From NCBI GenBank assembly GCA_002633005.1, contig NMRA01000098.1, positions 763,186-827,185 on the forward strand: DNA of 64,000 bases, read 5' to 3'. The notes below the pieces were generated by a model. It ran no database searches and was not told where the DNA came from. It worked only from the letters and a program-made list of their open reading frames with translations. Below are positions 38,892 through 50,500 of this stretch, piece by piece. This DNA is from Phoronis australis (Eukaryota > Animalia > Phoronida). Position 1 is the first letter of the stretch. Each line of letters opens with the position of its first letter. The translations under genes and the position numbers were made by a program.

Positions 38892-39877
38892 TATCATATA
38901 ATAATTTTGGTTAAAATGACATTGTACATTACAATAAGAAACCAGATCCAAGAAATATGGTATTTCACTTGCTGTGATGAGCACATGGACCAGTCTTCCG
39001 CCTTTCCCCCCTTTTCTTCGTTTCAGACTAATCAAAAATTCCTTTGTGCATGACCACACACTGAACTCTTGTCTAGACGAATCTCGTAAGGATCGATGTT
39101 TTTTACTGCTGGAGCATCGACACGCTGACCAAACCGAACCTTAAATTCATGATAAAAACAGCATAAGGAGGAAAAAATTTATTCATGTTCATCTGGAAAG
39201 CAATATGCTTTTGCGATCTAAAAATTCGCTAGCCACTGGGGCGATCGACAAGTCAACTTTTACTTGCCCAGCACCATTTTTACTCACATTGGCGAGTGGC
39301 TAAGACCTGCTTTCGAACACTCGCACAACAATTCGTGTCGTGAACTGTGCTATATACCTAGTCCTAGCCAGCCAGCTAGCTGTATGAAGACTGTCGTCAA
39401 AATACAGCTAGGTCCCAGTGCGTGTATTTCTTCCGTAGACCCCGAAATTGCACGCAGCCAGTGTAGTTCTGCTCGTCACCGCGCCGTGAAACTTGTATCA
39501 ACATGTAAAGCTAAAGACCGGACGGTGTGCATGCAAAATCTGGGAGTCAACCGACACTCACCTTGCCCGTTATAGCCGTTTAAGTGAAAAACAATGCAAT
39601 AAACGTCATTTTCTTGCGTAACTCTCTGCCTTTTCTAACAATGATAAGTATTTCGTCGTTTTGAAATTCGATTTTTCGGTACCAAAATTCTAAAAACTTT
39701 TAATGAAGTGAAACCAGTTCTGATAATTTGTTGTGACGTGTATGCAATCTTGTGAAAGAACAACAGTTCATTGAAGAATCGGCGAAAAAAAGAAACTGGA
39801 AAATACTGCCAATAGGTGACGCAAAATTTCATGGCGCCGAAAGCCGTCACTAAGGATCGCTCCACAACTTTAGCAGC

Positions 39878-40035
39878 TGTAGTAATAGCCGAGATTACCC
39901 GACCCGGGAATCGAACCAGCGAACCCCATAACACCGGCAAGCGTGCTAACCATTCAGCTAATAGGCAATTGCCCGTTAGCGAGTCGCTAACACTAACAAA
40001 GGCTCATATAATTCACCAGAAGCACATCTACAACA
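39878..40035 (-). mobile_element. Solo LTR (158 bp) with intact tRNA-like A and B boxes and a 4-bp TSD
   Basis: TG..CA ends; TSD cagc at 39874-39877 and 40036-40039. The minus strand carries TAGCTGAATGG and GGTTCGATTCC. The insertion is absent from the other two copies of the host repeat. Confidence 0.85.
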
Positions 40036-40238
40036 CAGCAGAATAACGGTTGAACGCCATTTTTGCCAACACCGTTAAATAATTTAATTTACTCAAGGAA
40101 GGCTGTAGTTTTTAATGACACTAATTTTGTGTCAGATTTTATCTTACCACTTTTTTACCCACATCGGTGCAAAGCTGTATACTGGGGAACCCAATGTTCG
40201 TCCGCCTAAGCATAAAACCGACTTGCTGTTGTACTCAC

Positions 40239-41543
40239 CGAATTATTCCACTTCAAAGTTATGATCTGAATAGGATTCGATTTAACTCTCACAGATATAC
40301 CGCATTCATCGATTCGGAAGTTTTCTTTAATTTGTGCCGAGTTATTTCAAATGTGCACTGCCTTCGGCAGCCATTTTATTGTGACACCTAAGTTCGTCAT
40401 ATGCTGCCCCCTTTTGTAAAAACTGAGAAACATGCAGAAAAAGGCCAACGAAGTAATGAAAATTGCAACAGCCTGTTTTTATTGACATAAACTCGATTTG
40501 AAGCTTTGATGTTGAGCTCTGCACTGTGGTTTCCAATAAAAGCCAATTGGACAACATTTCAATGCAGTTTAATGGTGAACGTGAGGCAAAAATGTTAAGA
40601 ACCCAGCGTATCGCATTTGTCTGCGGATTTTTCCTTTGGCCTTCTAGATCCTACTAGTGCCTGGGACAAACAGATACATTGCATAAACAAACCCTGGATC
40701 ATGTTTTGTGTCCCGTCGGAAGAAAATTTAAATTCGAAAACATCTTCTGAAAACGCACAAAAAAGTGTATTAGTAAAATCTACTGATTTTTAAGTGGTTT
40801 TAAAAAACAATCGGTAAACTCACCGATTTTTGTCTCATTACTTTGATACGTGTTTCTCCCGAGAGGTTAGTACCTAACGTGAAGACGAGCACTCCAAATT
40901 GGAACGCTAAGTCCCGCGTGGTTGCGCTGCACGCGAAACAAGATGGCGGACGAACTTTGGAGCCTGACGAAAATAGGTAACCGGACGATATATTTATATT
41001 ATGCACTATGCAGCAGCCTTTATACCAAGGCTAACCTAGTCCTAGCTGTCTGTGTTAGTGTGTATCCGCTGACTGGGTAGGTTTCAGCGAAGTACAAATA
41101 TGTGATTACCAAAATTACTTACGGGGCACTGTCATTGAAGGAATATCAGTGCTTGTTCTGAACACAATTCACAAGTTAACACCTGAACGCCGAACGCCTG
41201 AACGGGTGTAAGGAGAAACCCGGAAGCACAAGTTTTTCTACGACGGCCCAATAACATTTATTTACCAATTTAAACATAATGCATTCATAAACGTTAATTT
41301 TTCTTTTTCTTAAATTTTTTATATATTAACTTTAATATTTTAAGGTAATTTATCAAAATAAATATTTACGTAGCTGAAAGTTAGTTTGGAGCGTTTTGAT
41401 TACGTCAAATTGCCGTCACGTCAAAATAGTCCAATTATATTAAGCGTTTTCTTCATGCGCTTTGCGCCCGTTCGGTCTTTTGTGCGCCATTCCACCGCTG
41501 TCACGCTTTGTCTTCAGATTGGGACTTCGAGTTTCTTCACACA
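40239..41543. promoter_or_regulatory. Divergent promoter region between the 11-mer repeat gene (-) and SUMO (+)
   Basis: Locally CpG-richer. On the minus strand, YY1-like AAAATGGC near 40370 precedes donor gtgagt at 40238. On the plus strand, AAGATGGCGG lies at 40940-40949 and ETS-like CCGGAAG near 41220. Confidence 0.45.
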
Positions 41544-44500
41544 ATGTCTGAGCAACAAGAAAAAAAGGTGAGATGTTCTATAATTGCCCGGCAGATTTGA
41601 TTTCGAAACCGTGCACTATACATGAGGAAATTTATTATGACCGTCGAATGTGTCGACCATTCCGTCGTCTTGCGTGAATGGTGTCGATCGTGCCCGGCAG
41701 CTCAGCATGTCTTTCTCGTTGCCCGGTGTTTCAATAGTTCAGGGATCTCCATTGTGAGATAGATGTCAATCTGATTAAAAAATGTGTATGGTACACAAAT
41801 GCTCTGCTAAGTCACAACAGTGTGACCTACGTGATTCTTATATTTTGCTTTTTACCGGTTTTCTCCTATCCGTCGCCCTGCCGTAGACCTTTGCCATAAT
41901 GTCCATAGCCATAGGCAATTACATTGCCTTGGATGCCTCAGGCATACAGGGGCGATAGTACATCCCCGTAAAAAGTTGCGCATTTCAAATACAGCAAATA
42001 AAATCAAATGCACATGGAGTTATAATTAGCACATGCCATGACTTAGGCAACACATAGCCCCTGGGTTGGCCATTGAGGGGTCATACAATACTAACTTCCA
42101 GTCGCTTCTGTACGCATTCCATTACATGTATTTTAAACGGCCACCAATTCTGAGCTTTCACCTCGTCAAAAATACATTCCACTCTTAAAACTATCATTTA
42201 AAAAACCGCTTACGTTCATCATTTGTCCTTTCTACTTCTATACATATCTTCGATGAGGCTTAGTTGTGAGAATTAAGGTGACTTTGGTGAAGAATTCCAA
42301 CTCCACTTTTTTGTTTGCCGTTAAATTTTTCACCACGTGCTCGATAACCACAAAGTATGTCAACTGAGTCACGGGAGTTAGGCAAACAAAGGCTAGCGCG
42401 AGACTGAGCAAAGCGCATGACGCTAGCGCGTGACACTTACAAAATAGCATGATAAGGTATCAGCTTAAATTTGTAAGATTTGTGTCCCTTGGTCTTTTTA
42501 TTCGTCAACATGCGTGATTTCTCGTAACTTCTTCAAAATGGCACCCGGTAAGAGAGAGTCAAGCAAACTGCGACAGATTTTCATCAATTTGTTCAAGTTT
42601 TGGTGACTGTATTGTTTCCAGGGTCATGGTATGTGTTAATTACAACTCCATGTTCCTATGTGTATGGTTCATTTGATTTTATTTGCTGTATTTTGAAATG
42701 AGTAACTTTTTGTGGGGATGTACTATCGCCCCTGTATGCCTGCGGCATCGAGGGTGATGTAATTGCCTATCCATGATGCTGAATACAATTTAGTCAACAT
42801 AACATATCCATGAAAATCTGTCGGCGATTCGCTTGAGTTTCTCTCACCGGGTGCCATTTTGAGGAAGTTACGAGAAATCACGCCTTTTAACGAACAAGAA
42901 GTCCAAGGGACACAAAACTCACATATTCCACCTGATATCTTCCCATGCTATTTTCCAAGTGTCACGTGCCAGGTCACGCGGTTCGCTCAGTCTCGCTCTA
43001 GCCTTAGCCGAACTCACGTGACTCAGTTGAAATATTTTGTGGTTATCGCGTGCGCGGTGAAAAAGTTAACGGTGACCAAAAAGTGGAGTTGGAATTCTTC
43101 TCCAAAGTCACCTTAATTCTAGTAGATAGGCTTCATTGAAGATATGTGTAGAAGCAGAAAGGATCACTGAAGAAAGTAAGCTCATTTTTAAGTGATAGTT
43201 TTGAGTGTGGAGTGTATTTTTGATAAGATGAAAACTCCAAATCGGTGACCGGATATGGCCTACGGCCCTTCTAAAATACACGGGACGAAATGCGTACAGA
43301 AAGCGATGGGAAGTATTGTAGCCCCTAACCAGCCAATGGAGGGGCTTCGTGTTGCCTATAATGTCCATGGAGCAGCTCAGGCGGTCTCCATATAGCATCC
43401 TGTTAAGTCGCTGATAAGAGGTCCTGTGATTTGTTCTCACATCATCCCTAATCAAGTTTTTTTATTCACGTAAAATGGTATGAATGTACCCGTTGCTAAG
43501 TAAATTAACATGAAAACTTAGCAGATTTTTTGTTGTCCTGTGCAGGAGTTGTCTTGGCAGGAGTTATCCTGAACTGACTGGAAAGCATTTACATTTCCTG
43601 GTTTTGCCTCTGTACAGGAGCCAAAGAGAAAACAGGTTGCTCTGGTATTGTTCTGAAGCCCCCTCGACTCCCACTCCCCATGACCCCCTCAAACCCCAGG
43701 GCCCACAACCCCTTTGTCCCACAACCTGTGGCAATAAAATGTATCTTTGCGCTCTGCTTCAAGTCTGATGGTTAAAACAGAAAGTGGCATAAGATCGTGA
43801 TCTGAAGTTGCAAATTGTGAGCTTGCTATCATCACAGAAATACTTCCGTGAGCGGCTATCAATGCACTTGTTAGACTAAACTCAGGGAGAGAGTACGTTA
43901 ACTTGAATGGTCATAATTTTTTCAAACTGTACTTACTGAAGAAATTACATATTCATAAGTTCCTCGCATTCTCCCAAAAAAGCTTGAATCTGCCATTCAT
44001 TGAAGAGTAGACGAGATGATTGCACTTTGCCGGGAACAACATTTGTAACATTGGTACGTATTTGATTTGATTTGACCACTTTTTTTCTGGTTTTGGCTTT
44101 CAAACTTGCCGAATTGACTCTTAGTTGCCAAAAATCAGGGAAAAGTCTGCCCGACTTGTTGGTCCAGCAAGTCAGCACTTGGTCTATGTTCAGATCAGGT
44201 GGAGCTTGTCGAGGGGTTGTGGACAATGAGTTAAGGGGGTCATGGATCATGGTGGCCGAAGGGCTTTTAGAACAATCCGTTGCGCTGCTCTCTGAAAACT
44301 GGTTTCTAGCCATTGATTTTAGGTCCCAAAGACTTGAAGGCAAAGCACAATTAAAGGGTACTGGTGACATATAGCCTTGGTTCAAAGCTGTATACTAAAT
44401 ATACAGCTTTGCACCAATGTAGGTAAAAAAGCTGACCATATAGAATCTGACACAAAATTAGTGCCATTTAAAACTACACTCTTCCTTGTGTAAACTAAAT

Positions 44501-47500
44501 TCCTTACCGATGTTGGAAAAATTAGCATTCTATCGTTATACTGCTGATAAAAGTGTGGTGCAATGTTTTGTGTTGGCTTTCAGGCCATGAAATATTGCTT
44601 CACCTATTTACTTTTTTCTTCAACCAAATGTTGTTCTTTCAGGAGGTTGTGTACACATCAAATTATCAGAACTGGTTTTTAGAATTTTGATACCTGCAAA
44701 CCGAATTTCAGAACAGATTTTGCTCTCAAAAATTTAGGAAGTGGTGCATGTACGTGTCATTGTGCGCACTGTTTTCAAAAGGACAACATACTTTTCTTTG
44801 TTGCAAAACAGAGAATTACGCAAAAAATAGGCTGTAACGGGCAAGGTGATTGTTCGGTTGACTCCCAGATTTTGCATGCACCGCCACTGGTCTTAAGTTT
44901 CACGGCGAGATGACAAGCAGAACAACCGGGGCTGTGGGGAATTTCGAGGTCTGTTGGAGCTCAACACACAGTGGTACCTAGCTGTAGTTTGATGATAGTC
45001 TTCATACAGCTAGTTGGCTGGCTAGGTGAAATGTAGGCAATGACCATCGCCTCTGTTGGCCCGACCAGAGGCGATGCAGCTCCTATAGACGCTCTGTACG
45101 CCGGAAGCTTTTCGGCGAATTATGCCTCACACCGACTAAACCATCAAAGTCACATTGTTATAAATACCTTTTGCGCATATAGGAACACCTTAGGAGGTTG
45201 TCGATGTGTTTAATTCCTTCCAACTCGAACAAATACTCCCGTTATGAAACTTTTTCTTCGCTTTTTCAACATTTTCATTTTTTTAAGCAGGCCAAAGGTC
45301 AGAAGTTGCGGTCCTACCGGCGAACTTTGAAAGCTGAAGTTCCTGCCCTTTGCGTACGTGCTGCCGGGAACCAGCCGTGCATTTGCCTTGTTGTTAAACA
45401 TTAAAATGTCAAATATGTGCACAAAGACTATTAAATGTCATATCAACAGCATTTATTTTTATCAAATACAAACAATAATTCATTGAAATACAATCAGTTT
45501 CAAGTAACGCCAATTGAAGACAAGTATAGGTGGTGGCGTTTTGGAAACGAACATTTGACTGACAAGACCGCAATGGCTCACCTTTGGCCTATTTAAAGAT
45601 TGAGGTCATGAAGTCACATCACCTAGCGCCCTGTGCGGTTATTACGGCGAATACAGTAATACAGGTCTCATTGATAGCTTTCAAAGCATGTATCAACTTT
45701 TGTTGTATCTTTTTATCTGACTGAGAAAATTGCCTTTAAAGGGGTGTGATGGACGTACACAGAGAATTTGAATTTTTTTGCTTACCATCTTCAAAGGGAA
45801 GTCAGGGATATAGGGGGTTGTTTCATATCTTTAATCAAATGTACTGAAAAGTTAAAATCCTAGAGTATATTCCTAGCATAGGCCTACCTGTGATGATTTC
45901 GTGCAAAGGTCAGTCGGTACATTTAAATTAAAAACACATTGAATTAGTATCAAAAGACCAATATAGCTTAAATACTGTAAAGGTTTGAATCATTGTGAAT
46001 TGATATCTTAGTCACAACAAACAATTTAATACTAGAAATTCAGAGCGTACGTACGTCCGTCACACTAACTCAACTGATATCGAGCTGTCTGACAAAAATT
46101 TCTTAGAAGATATCGTCAAAAAAATTTTTGTGTTGTACTTTGCAAACATTCCACTAGATCATCATATAAAACAAAAAATTGTAACTTAATGCAACTCACC
46201 GAAAATTAACGTAAAAAAAAATTTTTAAAAATTCAAATTCTCTGCGAATGCCCATTACATCCCTTTAGAGGCAATTTTCTCAGTCAGATTAGAAGAGAGG
46301 GGAAAAGTTGATACAGGCTTTGAAAGCTATTACTGATACCTATTAATTGATGTATTAATCATTTTCCTAGCGTGAACATATTTTCACGATTGATCAAAAT
46401 GTTCTCTGATCGTACGTCCGTCACAAATGGAATAATAAAGTAGGTAACAAGTAGCTGCAGCTCAAAAATACCTAGTATCAACTTTTTTAACATAAAACAC
46501 AGCATAGCAGGTCTGAGCAGAAAGGACACGTTGATTCCCGCGCAACAGCAACTTGACATGTATTCCTTTAGGTCTCTCGTTATTTATTCTCTAGAACACC
46601 TTAGGAATTCTGGTTTTGCACCTTGAATTTTCCGAAAGCTAAGCATTTGTTTACAAACACGGGGCAGCAACAGAAAAACAATATGATCATTGAATTGACC
46701 TTTTGTTTTATTTACATTTTATAATGTGGTCCAAATTTTCTGATTTTATTAAACTGAATTTACTAAGAATAACTAGATGACATTGTGAACAATAACTTTT
46801 CTGCAAGTGCTTTTGAAATTGCAAAAGACCGATGCATTAAATTTAAATCTGTTGCAACTTCTTTACTTAATATTAAAACTGTCTTTGTGATATATAATCA
46901 TTCTAAGGTTCTTAGATGTAAGATTCATTTTGTCTTCTGCAAGTTTAGAAAGTAAAAATAGGACCTACAATTATTTTTATTGGCCGAAAAATTGTAATTT
47001 CATGGGTGTGACGGACATAAAAATTTGCCGTACGTCTGTCACGCAATTTCTGACTTACCAAATAATCTCTGGGATCTAAAATTTTGGTCAAAAGTGTTGA
47101 GTAACAAGCTAAAAGAGAATCTGAAATTATTTTAATTTTGGATGAAAACTTAACGTAACTACACTTTTTATCACTTTTTGTGGCAGACGTACAGAACCAT
47201 GATATACAGGAGTTGGCCTTTGACCCCAAGAGGTCAATGATGTGCCAAAGTTGAAATGTTCTTTTTGTAAAGTTTGGGCTTCATGTGATTGCACAAATTT
47301 AATAATATAATGAAATTCCCATAATTGGCTTATTTATGACAATAACTAACAACACACATGAAAATCGAGCTAATTTTTTAGGGTCAAGTGATCCCAAAAA
47401 TGGGTCCATTTCAGCAAAAAATTGAAAGTTGTAAAACAATCAAATATGGATCCTGAAACTAGTGAGACTGAACTTTCAGATGAGACCAGAAATTATAGTC

Positions 47501-50500
47501 AAAATTTAATTTTTTGTCTCAAGGTTGACCTTTTCACGGAATAGTCCCTTGTTTTTCAGCCGACAAAACTTTATGTGGATTGGAATCCTCAGAATTCGTT
47601 TCGGCGCCTGAGATTTTCAGCTTTAGCAACCTCAGATTTTGTTATGGTCCCTCTGGATTTTTGCCAGGTCACCAAATGCGACCTGCGTGGAACGCTGCAA
47701 CCAACGTCCTGCCTTTTAGCTGTCGGGAGGTCTTTTAAAGTTTAAAGCAACTTTAAATCCCTGGTTTTATACCATGACCTTAAATGAATTTGCACTGTAG
47801 TGTTGGCTATCATCAATTTAAACTCGAAAGCAACGTCTTGGGTAGGTGATGGTTTTGATTGTTGGTACCAGGAATAGATTTTCATTTTAGTTGTTTTCTG
47901 GCATGAATTTTCACATAGAAGGAAAAAGTGCTGCCGGTAACTTGTGTAGTAGCCAGCGTCACTCAATACTGCTCAAAGTGACCTTGGTAGGGAGTGAGGC
48001 AAAAAAGGCACCAGTTTTTGTCTCTTTTGGCGCATCTGTTTTAATCAAATTTTGCCGCTTTTTCAACCCGTGCCCCATTCTTTTTTTCTTGAAAGTTAGC
48101 CTGGGATTTTGACCAGTTCACAAATGACGACCTGTCGATTTTCAATGGCATCAAGGCTTATAATGGTCAAAAGCATGGTCCTTTATTTTGAATGCCCTCC
48201 AACAATTACCATGTCTATACTTGCTAATTTCTATTCAATCTCCATTAACCTAATGAACAACTGGGAATAATACAACTGCGCTTGATGGAATCACTTTGCA
48301 ATCGTGCTTGTCTTCAATTTTTCACAAAATTAATTTCTTCATTCACCCCGACACCCTTGGCGTAATCTGTGCTCTGTATTCAATGTTTTCCTAGAATATT
48401 TCAAGTGATTGGTATACAATACAGAAATATTACATTTGAAATTAAGCTTCAGGTTTTATTCTGTGCTGCATAATTGTCTGTTAGAAATTTGGCATAGAAT
48501 GTACTCTCCTTATTGCTGTAATGATAAACAGCTAACTAAATGTCTCCTGGTAAGTAATTTTTCTGATTTTTCACCATTTGCAAATTGTTTGCATTTAATG
48601 TTGAAAATCCCCGTGCATGTTCAAATCGCTGACCTCTTGCCTGCAGATTTGGACCACTATTGGTATTTGTCAACATTAAATATCACTCTATTTGTGACTG
48701 ACCTTTTTTGTAAGTTTTGGGATTGTGTGTAAATTGTAACTGTCTGTTCATTTTATTACAGGAGAAGAGTGGTAGCTCTGAGCATGTCAGTGTCAAAGTG
48801 GTCGCACCGGACGGCAGCGCTGTGGTGTTTAAAATAAAAAAGACGACGCAACTAAAAAAATTAATGACCTCATATTGTGACAGAGCTGTGAGTGAGAACA
48901 TATGCCACTAACTACTGCAGTGCTTCATCAGGGTTTGGCACACTCACCAAATGAAGAGAAGCAACCTTAATCTGTACACAACTAATGTCTCTCAATCTCC
49001 TATTAATCTTGTGTTTAATGTATTAAAGACCCATGCACCACTAATTAGCCTTGGGTCAAAGCAAAATTAGAATAAGTCATCGGCAGGTAATCTTGCCATT
49101 GAAGAAATCAATGAATGCTGTTTGGCCATAATTTATAGTATGTAATTAGAAATGCATGTTTGTGGAATTCAAAAAAGATAAAGAATCTATGGCTCCCCTC
49201 AAAAACAAATCTAAAGAGTCCTTTTCAAAGATTGCGATGGGTGGACCTTGAAGGCTATATTGAGTGCTGCTTTGGTTATATGACTATTACCTTGGGACAT
49301 CCCATTTGACACTGAAAGGAATGTCGATTGGTGTAAATTAATTTTGCAGAAAAGTCAACATTGTTTTGTGAGGTGATATTGAGGTTGTAGGAGACCTTGT
49401 TTGTGTTATTTTTGGTTTAGTTAACTTTTTCATTCTTATTTCATCTTGCTTTAATGTTGGCCATTTTTGACCCACCGATACGGCGCTATCTACAACTGTG
49501 AAATCACTGTTTGGTCTCTTTATGACAGCCTCCAATTTGGATTTTGTGCCATGTTTTATTCACCGATTTGTCTATCATTTTCCTCTCCATCACGAGCCCG
49601 CCTCTCCATCACGAGCCCTCCTCTCCATCACAATACATCTTGATTTAGGCCAATTAACATTAGGGCTGTTCCAGTAAAATCCGTGTGGGAGGGGGGGACA
49701 GCAGCAGAAATAAAAATTCATGAGTGGTGGTCTTCAGAAAAAAACTCAATTTATGGGTGGTCCTTCCTGTAAGAAGTGATGCATTAAAAATGGGTGGTAT
49801 TTTTTGACCTGTTAATGTTGACAGGATGGTTACTTCAGCCAAACACATCTTCAAAGAAATCAAAACTCAAAAATATGCAATTGGCAAATATCCTAACTTA
49901 TCCCAATACAAAAAAGCCCATATTGCCAGTGAACAAAGTGCAATATGTTCACTAAGCCATTAATCAAGTCATGGGCAACTTGATTTGAGCCAACTGCTTG
50001 TCTGCAGTCCTATTGAATTGAAAAGTTATGCAACACTAAACTGGTGTTAACACATATAGGAAAATTGATGATTTTTAAATAAAAAGTATGAGGAGTAAGA
50101 TAAACAAGTTCCGATATTCACTTGACATAGAAGTATAAAAGAGTTCGTGGAGACAGTTTGAGATTCATAGATCCTTATAATTGAAAAAATGTAAATTGAA
50201 ATTATAGACACATGGTGAACAGAGACACCTGTTGGCTGCCAAAAGTATTGCTCACAGGCTACTTTAGTTTTTGACAATATTGGACAAGACAACTAGTTCT
50301 TGTCTGTCAATCATCTAAGTTCTTAACTGGTCCTCCTGGAGGCAATTTGTTTGCAAGTGTTCGATTTTATATTTTAACCTATTAAAAATAATTAAAAAAT
50401 TATGGGTCATGGGTTGGAGAAATAAATGAAAAATATGGGTGGTGGGTACGAAATAAAAGTGCCTTCCCCCCCTCCCATACAGATTTTGCTGGAACAGCCC

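Noticed and set aside
39895-39970. Genuine tRNA gene
   Set aside because: A and B boxes are present but I could not fold a canonical anticodon arm, and the segment is embedded in a TG..CA LTR with a TSD.
43618-43635. In-frame 18-nt SUMO micro-exon (EPKRKQ)
   Set aside because: The acceptor is plausible but the donor (gttgct) is weak and there is no other support.
43945-44385. 146-aa antisense ORF in SUMO intron 1
   Set aside because: Non-ATG start abutting a repeat, no recognisable motif and no consistent splice partners; it cannot be supported without a homology search.
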